From a virus, in the IMG/VR virus record IMGVR_UViG_3300020048_000018, positions 1-64,000 of that record: a stretch of 64,000 bases of DNA. One strand, 5' to 3'. Position 1 is the first letter of the stretch, and every line of letters begins with the position of its first letter. Made by a program: the position numbers and the translations under genes. Of this stretch, positions 1-10,256 are shown piece after piece. The notes beneath the pieces were generated by a model. That model was not told the origin of the DNA and ran no database searches. It was given only the letters and a program-made list of their open reading frames with translations.

Positions 1-150
1 TCCTGTAGCTTTTGTTATTGGAGGTTCATACACTCCCGTATGTAAGTGATTTCCTAATGCAAGAGTTCCTGCGATAGTTCCAGTAGCAAGGTTAAATCCT
101 GTAGCTTTTGTTATTGGAGGTTCATACACTCCCGTATGTAAGTGATTTCC
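1..150. repeat. 96-bp coding repeat (HxH-motif tail fibre repeat)
   Basis: tcctgtagcttttgttattggaggttcatacactcccgtatgtaagtgatttcc occurs at 1 and at 97. Confidence 0.9.
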
Positions 151-1485
151 TTCTGATACACTTCCACTTGTATTTCCAAAATCTTTATTGAAAGAAGTTT
201 TTTTAGTTTCTGTTACAAGTTTGAAAGTAGCTGTATCCCAAGTAACAACTCCACCATTAATAGGGGAGTCCTCTCTTGTTGCAATTGACTGCATTGAGCC
301 TTGCATACCACATTTGAAGGAGTCTGAAAGTTCCTCAAATACTATTCTATAGTTTAATTCATCACCACGTTCTACCTCGATGCCACTTACTAAAGAAGTT
401 GGAGGTGTTCCAGTTTGATTTTTATTGAGAGTAACAATATTATCCGCTATTAAAAGTTGTTCAGTATTTACCTGAGTAGTAGTTCCTGTAACCGTTAAAT
501 TTCCAACTACGGTTAAATCTTTAGTTGCAACTGGGGCGTTCATTGCAATTGTCTCTAATGAACTAAATGAAATTAAACCCCCTACAGATTGGTTGGTAAA
601 GTTTATGTTCTTAGATGGAGTATCTGAGGGAACTTTAAACTCTAAGCCACCTTTAGCAGTTGCACTAATTTGGTTATCACTTATTATAGCAGTTGAACCA
701 ATTCCCGTAGTTTTAATGTTTATTGACCTATCCTCTTCCGTAGAGAATGTCATAGTTTCACTTACATCTGAAATAACCTGTTTTCCATTTACAAACAAAG
801 AAGCCGCACCTACATGAACGTCATTTGCCCAAACATTTGCAAATCTGTGATTAGCATCACCTATATCTCGGGTTGACATAGACCCTGAGGCTCCTGTCAT
901 ATCAGGCATAATACTATTAACCGTAAAATTTCTAGTTTCTGAAATAGCCGCAAGAGTTTCAGTTTTTGAGTATGTACTGAGTTTGTCAGATTTTAGGCTA
1001 AGGGCTGTTTGTTGTAATACCGATACGGGTTTTTCTGAATCTGAAGTATTATCAACATTTGATACCATGTCAAGAACTTCCGTTTTTGAGAAAGTATTAA
1101 GTTTGTCAGATTTTAGGTTAAGAGCTGTTTGTTGTAATACCGATATAGGCTTTTCGGAATCTGATGTATTATCAACATTTGAAACCATAGAAAGAACTTC
1201 CGTTTTTGAGAAAGTACTGAGTTTGTCAGATTTTAGGTTAAGGGCTGTTTGTTGTAATACCGATACGGGTTTTTCGGTATCTAAAGTATTATTGATATTT
1301 GATACCATAGCAAAATCTGCTTTAGTATTTATTAGTATTGAAGATGCTTCAATTACTAAATCTTGTATACTCTTCATAGATATTTTTACATCATTGGTTG
1401 ATGAGCCTGTTCGACTTCCCATGATATAATCTGTAGTTTTTACTGCGGGTATTGCTAAGGGCAATTCATTGACTATATTTGACAT
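1..1485 (-). CDS. Tail fibre / tail-associated repeat protein (3' end runs off window)
   Basis: Not in the ORF track. ATG at 1485 (MSNIVNELPLAIP...), with a frame that reads open to base 1. Three 40-aa NVDNTSDSEKPVSVLQQTAL repeats typical of phage tail fibres, and 32-aa GNHLHTGVYEPPITKATG repeats. Confidence 0.75.
   Translation of the reverse strand, partial: MSNIVNELPLAIPAVKTTDYIMGSRTGSSTNDVKISMKSIQDLVIEASSILINTKADFAMVSNINNTLDTEKPVSVLQQTALNLKSDKLSTFSKTEVLSMVSNVDNTSDSEKPISVLQQTALNLKSDKLNTFSKTEVLDMVSNVDNTSDSEKPVSVLQQTALSLKSDKLSTYSKTETLAAISETRNFTVNSIMPDMTGASGSMSTRDIGDANHRFANVWANDVHVGAASLFVNGKQVISDVSETMTFSTEEDRSINIKTTGIGSTAIISDNQISATAKGGLEFKVPSDTPSKNINFTNQSVGGLISFSSLETIAMNAPVATKDLTVVGNLTVTGTTTQVNTEQLLIADNIVTLNKNQTGTPPTSLVSGIEVERGDELNYRIVFEELSDSFKCGMQGSMQSIATREDSPINGGVVTWDTATFKLVTETKKTSFNKDFGNTSGSVSEGNHLHTGVYEPPITKATGFNLATGTIAGTLALGNHLHTGVYEPPITKATG
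961..1320. repeat. Three tandem ~120-bp coding repeats in tail fibre gene
   Basis: Near-identical units start at 961, 1081 and 1201; the copy starting at 1201 diverges toward its end. Confidence 0.9.
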
Positions 1486-1527
1486 ATATTATTCCTCTTC
1501 CTATAGTTAGTTGAGGAATATTAATAA

Positions 1528-2085
1528 TTATGAAGTGGTATTATCTGGAAGAGTTGTTTCTACTTCTGACAAGGTTTCTTCTTCAATCTGTTTTTTTGCA
1601 GAAGAAGTAGCAAAAGAAATAAGCTTACTTAAAGCATCCATTCCCTGTAAAACCTCTTTAGTAGCACTTTGATTGGCATCTTTTAACGAGTTACCACTAA
1701 TAAGTGTAGGACTATTACCCGTTTGTATTTGTGCAGTTCTTTCAGCAGACTCAGCGGCTATTTGAGCTTGCTGTCTTGCAGTAGCCAGTTGAACCCAAGG
1801 ATTCATAGTTTTAGAAATCTTGTCTGCACTGTTTACACCTGCATTAGAAACAAGGGCTATGAGTTGGTTTTCGGAAAAATTATCTAGTCTTGTAAGAATG
1901 TGATCTTGAACTTTCTTACTGAATGAGAACTCAGCTCTTGTAACCTCAAAAGCATCATCAACAAAACGAGCTAAAGATTCCTCAACCTTATCCATTGGAT
2001 TGGGAGGTTCTTTAATAGTAGAAAGACCCTTTTGTAAGTTTTCTAGTATAAGTATATCCTCGTTTATTTTTTCATCTTCATTCAT
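1528..2085 (-). CDS. Hypothetical protein
   Basis: ORF track 1528-2115; ATG at 2085 (MNEDEK) follows an AGAAGGA RBS. Confidence 0.7.
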   Translation of the reverse strand: MNEDEKINEDILILENLQKGLSTIKEPPNPMDKVEESLARFVDDAFEVTRAEFSFSKKVQDHILTRLDNFSENQLIALVSNAGVNSADKISKTMNPWVQLATARQQAQIAAESAERTAQIQTGNSPTLISGNSLKDANQSATKEVLQGMDALSKLISFATSSAKKQIEEETLSEVETTLPDNTTS

Positions 2086-2087
2086 GA

Positions 2088-2258
2088 TTATCCTTCTTTT
2101 GGCAATAGAGAACAATGCTCGTAATAACTCTGGAGGGAGGCACTTATAGATTTTAGGGGATTTATTATCTTAGAGTCTTTAACTAAAATTGAGTCCTCAG
2201 ATAAAAGACTATTCATTTTTTCTAAAGCATTTAAGTCTATATCTACTTGCTCATTCAT
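2088..2258 (-). CDS. Small hypothetical protein
   Basis: MNEQVDID start overlaps the stop of the upstream gene (ATGA-type coupling). Confidence 0.5.
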   Translation of the reverse strand: MNEQVDIDLNALEKMNSLLSEDSILVKDSKIINPLKSISASLQSYYEHCSLLPKEG

Positions 2259-2733
2259 CCGTGTCCACCAATTCCTCAAATATATCATCTTCTAAGTTTG
2301 GTAGATTGTATCGTGAATTAGTTCTTTCACTTATATATTTTATAAATTTATTAAGCTGTTGTATTTTAATACCATACTTAACAGACTGTAACCTATCATC
2401 TTCTAATAATCCTTTTATGTCATCCCAAGATTTATTTCTAAACCTCTTGTAATAATAACATAACGCAATAGTTACATCTTCCTTTACCGACTCTTGTGTA
2501 GGAAACTTTAGGGTCTTTCCCGATAGTAATCCTATTATATCACAAAACTTTTCCAGACCTACTAAGTTGTACAATTCTACGAGAACTAAATTGTCCTCAT
2601 TCTTCTCAGCATTTTTATAAAGCTCTAATTGGAACACGTCCATAACTACGTTCTTGGTAGGGTCGTCATTCACAATTTCAGTTATCCTTTGCTGAAAGAT
2701 TGACTTAGGTTTCGTAAACATGCTATCTTTCAT
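2251..2733 (-). CDS. Mor/C-like transcriptional activator (tentative)
   Basis: ELYNLVGLEKFCDIIGLLSGKTLKFP resembles the Mor-family 'elvg.e....l....gG..i.iP' motif, followed by a helical HTH-like segment. Confidence 0.45.
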   Translation of the reverse strand: MKDSMFTKPKSIFQQRITEIVNDDPTKNVVMDVFQLELYKNAEKNEDNLVLVELYNLVGLEKFCDIIGLLSGKTLKFPTQESVKEDVTIALCYYYKRFRNKSWDDIKGLLEDDRLQSVKYGIKIQQLNKFIKYISERTNSRYNLPNLEDDIFEELVDTDE

Positions 2734-2811
2734 CTTTCAATCCTTTTCATTAAACGTTAATTAATTAGTTTTAACTATCAATAATGAAAAAGATTGAAAT
2801 TTTTTCACAGC

Positions 2812-3012
2812 TTATTTAGCAGGTTCTTCTTCCTTAACCTCTACAATACCATATTCAGCTATTGCAAGTTCTCTCGAATCAAAATATTTCCATCCATCAA
2901 CAGGATATTCATATTCATCTTTCTTTTCAATTAGCAAAGTGTAATCTTTGCTATACACATAGTTTGGTGCCTCAAGTAAAACACCCCCATCATTCTTATA
3001 AAAACCTATCAT
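2812..3012 (-). CDS. Small tail-associated hypothetical protein
   Basis: 66 aa, RBS AGGAGA; GFYKND...APNYV...YPVDGW pattern; lies directly after the adhesin gene. Confidence 0.6.
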   Translation of the reverse strand: MIGFYKNDGGVLLEAPNYVYSKDYTLLIEKKDEYEYPVDGWKYFDSRELAIAEYGIVEVKEEEPAK

Positions 3013-3036
3013 ACTATATATCTCCTATATAATTAG

Positions 3037-4965
3037 TTATCCAACAATTGACCAACCCTTATTTGTTGCAATTAATCTATCTCCTGCGGTTAATAAGCTT
3101 GCACCGTAATTTCCAGTAATCGTAATAGTTTGTCCAGTAACCGGAAAAAACAAATTAGTAAAAATATCAACCAATGCACTCTTACTTAAATTACAACTTG
3201 CATATGAAATTGTTTTGTTCGTGTTTAGTAAAGTTGCTTTCCCTAATGCAGTACAACTACTAAACATAGTAGAAAAGTTTGTTACTAATCTTGTATTGAG
3301 AAGTGGAATCATTTGTAATACAGTACATTGATAAAACATACCATAAAAGTTTGTACCCTTACTTGTATCGAGAAGTGGAATAGTTGGTAAGGAACGACAA
3401 CTACTAAACATAGAATTAAAGTTTGTACCTGAACTTGTATCAAGAAGTGGAACCGTTTGTAAGGCAGTACAATTATAAAACATCTGAGTAAAGTCTGTCC
3501 CCTTACTTGTATCAAAAAGTGGAATCGTTTGTAAGGCAGAACAATACGTAAACATATAAGAAAAGTTTGTACCTGAACTTGTATTAATAAGAGGTACCTT
3601 TTGTAAGGAATTACAATTACTAAACATCTGAGAAAAGTTTGTAGTTAAACTAGTATCAATAAGTGGAATAGTTTGTAAAGCAGTACAACCATTAAACATC
3701 ATAGTAAAGTTTGTACCTGAACTTGTATCAAAAAGTGGAATAGTTTGTAAAGCAGTACAACTATTAAACATATAAGAAAATGATGTACCATTACTCGTAT
3801 TGAGAAGTGGAATCGTTGGTAAGGCAGAACAATTCTGAAACATATTAGAAAAGTTTGTACCTAAGCTTGTGTCAAGAAGTGGAATCGTTTGTAATGAATA
3901 ACAATAACTAAACATATTAGAAAAGTCTGTTCCTTTATTTGTATCCAGAAGTGGAATCGTTTGTAAGGCAGTACAATTATAAAACATATTAGAAAAATTT
4001 GTACCTGAAATTGTATTGAGAAGTGGAATAGTTTGTAAGGCAGTACAACTACTAAACATCTGAGAAAAGCTTGTACCTAAACTTGTATCAAGAAGGGGAA
4101 TAGTTTGTAATGACTTACAATTATAAAACATCTGAGTAAAGTTTGTACCTAAACTTGTATCAAGAAGTGGAATCGTTTGTAAGGAATTACAACTACCAAA
4201 CATCTGATTAAATTCTGTTCCTGAACTTGTATCAAAAAGTGGAATCGTTTGTAATGCAGAACAAACCGAAAACATAGCATAAAAGTTTGTACCTTTACTA
4301 GTATCAATAAGTGGAATAGTTTGTAAAGCAGTACAACCATTAAACATCATAGTAAAGTTTGTAATATTATTTAATCCTAGACTAAAAGATTCTAACAACT
4401 TTAAGTTTTGAACATTAAACAATGTAATAAAACTTCCGTTTCCCGAAATCTCCAAAAAGGAATTATATTTACTAGGTGCTGAAGTATGAAATACATTTAA
4501 GTTAACCGAGGTTAAATTAAAAGTTTCTTGAGGTGTAATCGTAATTAAAACTTGCTTGTAACCTAAGGTTGAAAGATTAGAGCAAGTTGCATAATCATAT
4601 TTATGTTCAGCTTTAATTCCTGCTACGAAGTTTTCAGTAACCCCATCACCCCAGTCCACAGAGTAATTACCTGAAAGGGTAACTGCAACGAAATTTGAGT
4701 CATGGTCATAAATTGGATAGAGACCAATTACTTTTTGTTCAGATTCCAAAATTGTAGGAATTGTTAACCAATCAGCAGGTCTTTGATAACAATTGTATAC
4801 ATCTAACCACTCAGCCTCTGTCCATTCTTTTGGAGCTGTTCCATCGTCAAATTTCATGAGAGGGGCATAATCTCTTAAGGGGATATTTTCAGTTATTCCA
4901 AGTTTGGTTTTGAAAATCTCTTTCGTTTCAGTTAAATAATTCAATTTGTTCAATAATTCGCTCAT
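3037..4965 (-). CDS. BspA/DUF285-type leucine-rich-repeat adhesin, putative receptor-binding protein
   Basis: About 16 tandem 24-aa repeats (LQTIPLxDTSxGTxFxxMFxxC); N-terminal 'VDWGDG' PKD-like motif; C-terminal ITITGNYGA...IATNKGWSI cap; located in the tail block. Confidence 0.85.
   Translation of the reverse strand: MSELLNKLNYLTETKEIFKTKLGITENIPLRDYAPLMKFDDGTAPKEWTEAEWLDVYNCYQRPADWLTIPTILESEQKVIGLYPIYDHDSNFVAVTLSGNYSVDWGDGVTENFVAGIKAEHKYDYATCSNLSTLGYKQVLITITPQETFNLTSVNLNVFHTSAPSKYNSFLEISGNGSFITLFNVQNLKLLESFSLGLNNITNFTMMFNGCTALQTIPLIDTSKGTNFYAMFSVCSALQTIPLFDTSSGTEFNQMFGSCNSLQTIPLLDTSLGTNFTQMFYNCKSLQTIPLLDTSLGTSFSQMFSSCTALQTIPLLNTISGTNFSNMFYNCTALQTIPLLDTNKGTDFSNMFSYCYSLQTIPLLDTSLGTNFSNMFQNCSALPTIPLLNTSNGTSFSYMFNSCTALQTIPLFDTSSGTNFTMMFNGCTALQTIPLIDTSLTTNFSQMFSNCNSLQKVPLINTSSGTNFSYMFTYCSALQTIPLFDTSKGTDFTQMFYNCTALQTVPLLDTSSGTNFNSMFSSCRSLPTIPLLDTSKGTNFYGMFYQCTVLQMIPLLNTRLVTNFSTMFSSCTALGKATLLNTNKTISYASCNLSKSALVDIFTNLFFPVTGQTITITGNYGASLLTAGDRLIATNKGWSIVG
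3290..4365. repeat. 72-bp tandem coding repeats
   Basis: aagtggaat recurs at 3301, 3373, 3445 and onward with period 72. A 67-nt stretch is identical at 3649-3715 and 4297-4363. Confidence 0.9.
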
Positions 4966-5004
4966 TTATATAGTTTCCTTTATATTATTTAATTAGTAAG
5001 AAAA

Positions 5005-5042
5005 TAAAAAAGGATACTCAATTTAAGAGTACCCCTTTTTCT
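5005..5042 (-). terminator. Intrinsic terminator
   Basis: Minus strand reads aaaaggggtactc-ttaaatt-gagtatcc followed by a T-tract, just after the 5063 stop. Confidence 0.6.
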
Positions 5043-5062
5043 TACTTAAAAGTTTGTATATT

Positions 5063-5767
5063 CTACATTTCTCCAACAGCAGGGGTTCCGTAGTTAATAT
5101 CGTCTACCATTACTTCTGCATCAGCCTCTTCTTGAACAGAGGTTGTAAAAGTATAAGGGTAAGTGATAAAACCTTCGCTACCATTAATAAGGGTTATTAG
5201 AGCAACTGGATCAATCCAATCAGATTCAACTGCTGGAGCAGTTTCCCAATCTCTACTTACTTCCCCTGTGGTTGTCTCTACTCTACCATTAAAAGTAGTT
5301 ACTGCGGTAGGTACTACTTTTAGTGATGCCGTTGCATTCTGAAATACAACTGTTGCATACTTGTGGATTCTTAATTTAGAACCAAACAAACTTTTTAAGG
5401 AACAGTTATCAAGTATGAGTGTTGCACCATCATAAACTTCAAGGTTACATTGAGCTAAGGGGTCAACTAAAGAACTTGCCGTAAATCCTACGGTTAAATC
5501 TGCCGCAAGGTGTAGAGTAGCACCGCTAAGAATCTTTATTGTTCCATAGTTTTTGAATGGAGCACTAATTTTTAATGCACCACTTTGTACAATTAGGTCA
5601 TTGTCTTTTTCAAAAGTGTAAGGTAAAAGAATCTCATTGTCTTTATAAGACTCAATGTGAATTAATGCGGGGTTAAGAGCCATTTGTGTAAAACAGGATT
5701 CTACACCACCATCTTCTGAAGTAAATGAGTACTTTACTATAGTACCATTGTGATAAATCGTTTTCAT
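5063..5767 (-). CDS. Hypothetical (probable virion) protein
   Basis: 234-aa ORF with strong RBS, preceded by the ACTAATT motif; beta-rich. Confidence 0.7.
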   Translation of the reverse strand: MKTIYHNGTIVKYSFTSEDGGVESCFTQMALNPALIHIESYKDNEILLPYTFEKDNDLIVQSGALKISAPFKNYGTIKILSGATLHLAADLTVGFTASSLVDPLAQCNLEVYDGATLILDNCSLKSLFGSKLRIHKYATVVFQNATASLKVVPTAVTTFNGRVETTTGEVSRDWETAPAVESDWIDPVALITLINGSEGFITYPYTFTTSVQEEADAEVMVDDINYGTPAVGEM

Positions 5768-5820
5768 GTTGTTTCCTTTATATTCCTTTATCCTAAATTA
5801 GTTGACTTTATTTTAAAGTC

Positions 5821-6255
5821 TTAAAAAGATGTAGTAATGACAACACCATTTACAGATGCATCATCCCCAACTACCCCAGTCTTTGTTTCTTTAACTACCA
5901 CCCTTATTTTCCATTGTCTTTGTGGTTTATCTATTGCAACAGTACATGCTACCAACTCTATACTTGGAAACTGTTTCTTTGTTTCAGCAACAAGGTCGGA
6001 AGTTATTGTAGTAATAGAAGACTCATCAAAAGGATATCTATTCAAGTTGTTTTCACAAAAACCACCGAAACCGGGTCTTCTATGATAATCAGTAGAACCT
6101 GCTTGAAGCCACATCTTGTACTCATTAGTGATTGCTTTTCCATCCTTTGTTATGATGTCCTTTCCTGCTACTTTTTTATAAGCAATATCAACCCAATGAG
6201 AATCCTTAGTAAGCTCTACTTCCAGTCTTTGTATGTTTCTTGAAATTGTACTCAT
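5821..6255 (-). CDS. Baseplate wedge protein, gp25-like
   Basis: 144 aa; G..Y.RRPGFGG..E..L..YPFD...I...I...L......FP.IEL motif pattern of the gp25/GPW family. Confidence 0.55.
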   Translation of the reverse strand: MSTISRNIQRLEVELTKDSHWVDIAYKKVAGKDIITKDGKAITNEYKMWLQAGSTDYHRRPGFGGFCENNLNRYPFDESSITTITSDLVAETKKQFPSIELVACTVAIDKPQRQWKIRVVVKETKTGVVGDDASVNGVVITTSF

Positions 6256-6301
6256 TTAACTGTAGTCCTTTATCCTAGAATTTTATAATTAGTGTAAAAC
6301 T

Positions 6302-7117
6302 TTAACCAATTAGTCCTTCACCATTTAGTATCTGAGTTGTTGAAAGACCCATTCTTTGAAGTTCTCCACTCAATCCATTTGCATCCATTTCTGTTACCGG
6401 TGCCCATAGAACATTTGTTTTTGATGCATTTGCAGTAGCCGCAGTACGTCCAGCTACTCCCCCATTAGTTGCTATATTGTAGTTTACATTATATTTAAGG
6501 TTGCAGGATATAATGGAGTAATCTATTTTAAGTAAAGATTCCGATTGGGGTGAACCATATTTAAGAGATAGACCACCAAAGTTTTTTACTTGCATACCTC
6601 TAACATCAAGTCTAAGGATAGGTTCAATAACTGGAGTTACTTCACTGATACCTAACCCCCCTTCTCTTTGTCTTGTATGGAATAGAATTATTTTACAGCT
6701 TCTAAACTTACCTTTAGCACCATTAACTAGATAGTCACCTTTTTTATTATAGAAATGAGTAAGCCAGTCGAAGTGATATTTTTGTACAGAATGGTAGGCA
6801 TCTTCCAACCACATCAAAGAAATTGTTTTACTAAATTTAACTGATTTAAGAATTTCCATATTTAATTCATCATGGCTTTCATATTCTAATGAGGGGAGGG
6901 AAAAATCAACACCATGAACTCTATATGCTACATTGTCGAAAGTTCTAAAATCATCAGGTTTTGATAACTGTTCACCAAACTTTGCTACATAGAAGGAATT
7001 ATTTGAGCCACTTGGCATATCATAGATATAGTTTATTCCATCATACTCAAGGTTAGACATTTGACGCAAATCATCATTATTAAAGGATGCGTAAGCACTG
7101 TCAATTTTTTCTTCCAT
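6302..7117 (-). CDS. Tail tube-like / tube initiator protein (tentative)
   Basis: VHGVDFSLPSLEY...TISLMWLED...YHFDW... pattern resembles the gp19/gp48/gp54 tube fold; adjacent to the gp25-like gene. Confidence 0.4.
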   Translation of the reverse strand: MEEKIDSAYASFNNDDLRQMSNLEYDGINYIYDMPSGSNNSFYVAKFGEQLSKPDDFRTFDNVAYRVHGVDFSLPSLEYESHDELNMEILKSVKFSKTISLMWLEDAYHSVQKYHFDWLTHFYNKKGDYLVNGAKGKFRSCKIILFHTRQREGGLGISEVTPVIEPILRLDVRGMQVKNFGGLSLKYGSPQSESLLKIDYSIISCNLKYNVNYNIATNGGVAGRTAATANASKTNVLWAPVTEMDANGLSGELQRMGLSTTQILNGEGLIG

Positions 7118-10100
7118 TATTTACCCCCTGAGGAAAAATTGCTTTCAGATTTACTATTGTTGGATTGTGAGTTTGTATCCAAAGATGACAAGCTACTTGA
7201 TATAGGAACTTTAACACCCTGTACCATTTTGTACTGTTGAACTTCTTTAGAAACTTTAATTGCTACGTTTTGTTGTCTAACTAAGTTTTTCTGAGCTAAT
7301 TGAGAATCAAAACCTTTGTCTGAATTGTTTGAGTTCTGACCTTGGTTTACAACACTACTGGAATTAGTTAATCCCTTAGGGTTTACAATTTCTTGAATTT
7401 TAAAATCTTGTTTATTGGTTGATATAGTAGGACCTACTACATTTATTTTAATATCTGATTCCACAACCTTTTCTTTCATTTCACCCGTTACTTCTTCAAG
7501 AGAAGTTTTATAATTAGTGATAACTGTTTTAACTAACTCATCAAGTTTTTCATTTGTTGGTTGGCTTAGACTTGATTTGTTCATGCTTTCTGTTATTAAT
7601 CCACTTCTTATATCCTGTGAAGTTTTAGAAAGATTATAATTAGAGGCTATAGCTTCTTTTACTTCTGCAAGTTTTACAGTAGACTTAACCGTAAATAATT
7701 TAGAGGACTCTTCTGAGGCTGTTCCAAGTTGACTGGATATAGGAGTATTAGTTTTTGAAGCAGAATGCTGTGAATTAAAATCATTTTGAATAAGTTTTGT
7801 AGATGGTTGATTATAATCCTTATTTCCAATATATCCTGTAGTGCTTGATTCAGACGTTCCTGAGTGAGAATTAATATTTACTTTATAGGATCTTCTATAA
7901 ATAAACTCTGTATCAAAAGTAATCTTTGAGACATCAGACCTACTAAATTGGAGTTGTCCGTTTCCTAAGAATCTAACATCCTCAAAAACAAAATAAGGCT
8001 CAAGACCGGCGGCAATATTACCATCATTAAGTAAGATTGGTGAGAAGTTTCTTAATTTTACTAACATATCAAGTCTAGGTTTATTTCCAAGTCTGTCATT
8101 GTAAATACCATCTGACCAAGACTTTGAACAAAGGGAACCCAGTTGAACGGGTACAAAGTTTAACATATCATTTTTTTTCTCTTCGACTAAACCAAACTTC
8201 GAGGATGAATAATATTTCCCTGATAGTTTCATAAAAGAATCATACATAAACAAGTATTGGTCTGCTTCAATAGTAAGAGATTGTTTTTTACTAAGCGTTA
8301 CTTGAGGAACTACTTTAGTAACGGTTGTCCATAGATAGGGTATATCAACTGTCTGAGATTTAATCTCTGGAATATTTATACCTGCCGCTCTTACAGCGAG
8401 AAAAGATGAACCAAGTAAGTTCAAGATATATTCATTCTCATTAAAGGTTTTGTCGCCTTTTACTTTAGATGGCATAACTTCAAGTATAGGAGAACTTCCC
8501 CCTGCTTGAATTAAAATAAGATCATATTGATTTTTATATGCATCAGGTCCAGCAGATATTAATGCATCTACCGCAGGATTTACTCCAAGTTTTATTCTGC
8601 TTTTAGAAGAATCTGATAACATCCCACCAAGTATTTTTTCCCATATGTTGAAACTCATTCCAATTACTTCAGAAACGGTCGTACCCGTGGAAGTTAAAAC
8701 TTTGTACAAGTGGTCTGAGATTTCTTCCAGCATTGCAGTTAAATTACCCCAAGACAAATTAAGAGAAACTTCTTTCTCCCCAGTAAAAGTATTTTTTAGT
8801 GCAGTTTTAACAGTGTCTTCCAAAGAGGATACTTGACCTTGAGTTAGCTTAAACTCTCTGTCATTAATCGAAGATACAACTTCAATCTTATTCTGAATGT
8901 TTTCTAAAAGATTTGTTAAAGTCTTTTCCAAAGAAAACCCTAAATAGTTTTTATCAAACCCATTTATTGCTTCTACAATAAAATCTGTTACAGTCTCTTT
9001 AAGGTTAGTCATTAAGACTTCTTTAGCCCCTGACATAAAGTTTTCAGCGAAATCTGGTGGAGCACCAATGAAAGGTAAAGCACCAGAACTACCGGTATCT
9101 ATGGTAAATACGTTTTCAACAGCAAGTGTTGGAGATGAAAGATTTTCTTTTACTTTAGATATAAACTCTGAGGAGACAGAAACTTTTGAGGGTGTAGTAA
9201 AAAAGTTGTTTAAGTCTTTTGAAGTAATCGAGGTATTATTAATATGATTTGTGTCAACAACTATGTTAGAGTCAACCATAACTTCAATACCTGTATCTTC
9301 ATAAAACTTAGGTTCTGAATGGGAAAGAATAGTATTTTCTTTATTAATGTCTGAATTTACTTCTACAGATAAAACTTCATCTGTATAGATATTTGGTTCT
9401 AAGGTAAAAGATTCCGTTACATTTTTTTCTACCTTTGTGAGAAACTCAATTACCTGAGTATCATTTGTAAGAACAACAGGATCTAGTATTGTTTGTTCAT
9501 TGTTATCTGATAAGTCTATTTTCCCAACGGTTGAAATTACCTTGTTCTCGTTTGTAAGTGTAACAGGAACTTTAGTAATAACTGCTTGAGTATTCCCCAT
9601 ATCAGGAACTATCTTTATTTCTGAAACATTAGTGAGTTCTTTAGAAAGTGTTAATATCTTATCTTGTAGGGATATATCTTTAATATTAAAGTTTTCTACT
9701 TCCTTCATTACTTTAAACTTAAAGTTTTCATCTACTAAAGAAGAAAACGGTTCATTAAGTTTTAAGTCTAATTCTTGTCTTCCAACATGATTATTATCTG
9801 AGTCTATCTTAGGTGATAAATTAATTTCTGTTAATATATCTTGAGTAGAACCTTCTGAGATGATAGTGGATATGTCCTTTCCTTGTTCTTTAGCTATAAA
9901 CTCTTCTAAACCAAAGTTTGGTTCAATTCCTATAGGTTCAAGAGTTTCTTTGGTCAATTCAGGATGTACCGAAACTTGGAGAGGAGATTCTTGTTCTACT
10001 GAGGGATATACTGAAACATCACCTTTTTTCAAAAGTTCATAATTTTCCAATATTCGTTTTTTATTTATCTCACGAATATTCAACTTCTGAGAATTAAGTG

Positions 10101-10194
10101 ATAAGACATCTTTATTCTGTTCTGCAATATCAAGTATTGCTTTCTCTTGAACATTCAAAACTGAAGTATCAAGCTCTTCTTCGCCAAAAATCAT
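7117..10194 (-). CDS. Large tail/baseplate protein with internal tube-like domain
   Basis: 1025 aa. Acidic N-terminal half, then AVRAAGINIPEIKSQTVDIPY...SLTIEAD...F.DV.F....QFS...ITFDTEFIY, which is tube-fold-like; Ser/Asn-rich tail. Confidence 0.45.
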   Translation of the reverse strand: MIFGEEELDTSVLNVQEKAILDIAEQNKDVLSLNSQKLNIREINKKRILENYELLKKGDVSVYPSVEQESPLQVSVHPELTKETLEPIGIEPNFGLEEFIAKEQGKDISTIISEGSTQDILTEINLSPKIDSDNNHVGRQELDLKLNEPFSSLVDENFKFKVMKEVENFNIKDISLQDKILTLSKELTNVSEIKIVPDMGNTQAVITKVPVTLTNENKVISTVGKIDLSDNNEQTILDPVVLTNDTQVIEFLTKVEKNVTESFTLEPNIYTDEVLSVEVNSDINKENTILSHSEPKFYEDTGIEVMVDSNIVVDTNHINNTSITSKDLNNFFTTPSKVSVSSEFISKVKENLSSPTLAVENVFTIDTGSSGALPFIGAPPDFAENFMSGAKEVLMTNLKETVTDFIVEAINGFDKNYLGFSLEKTLTNLLENIQNKIEVVSSINDREFKLTQGQVSSLEDTVKTALKNTFTGEKEVSLNLSWGNLTAMLEEISDHLYKVLTSTGTTVSEVIGMSFNIWEKILGGMLSDSSKSRIKLGVNPAVDALISAGPDAYKNQYDLILIQAGGSSPILEVMPSKVKGDKTFNENEYILNLLGSSFLAVRAAGINIPEIKSQTVDIPYLWTTVTKVVPQVTLSKKQSLTIEADQYLFMYDSFMKLSGKYYSSSKFGLVEEKKNDMLNFVPVQLGSLCSKSWSDGIYNDRLGNKPRLDMLVKLRNFSPILLNDGNIAAGLEPYFVFEDVRFLGNGQLQFSRSDVSKITFDTEFIYRRSYKVNINSHSGTSESSTTGYIGNKDYNQPSTKLIQNDFNSQHSASKTNTPISSQLGTASEESSKLFTVKSTVKLAEVKEAIASNYNLSKTSQDIRSGLITESMNKSSLSQPTNEKLDELVKTVITNYKTSLEEVTGEMKEKVVESDIKINVVGPTISTNKQDFKIQEIVNPKGLTNSSSVVNQGQNSNNSDKGFDSQLAQKNLVRQQNVAIKVSKEVQQYKMVQGVKVPISSSLSSLDTNSQSNNSKSESNFSSGGK

Positions 10195-10256
10195 ATATTA
10201 AGAATCCTTTAAAAGTATTTATTAAATTAGTTGGATTATTGGAAGACTAATTATTT

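Noticed and set aside
593-1429. Plus-strand ORFs 593-817 and 983-1429
   Set aside because: Antisense shadows of the minus-strand tail-fibre gene.
3037-4965. Diversity-generating retroelement target (DUF285 repeats)
   Set aside because: No reverse transcriptase and no non-coding template repeat in the window. Variation is spread over all repeat units and is not visibly adenine-specific.
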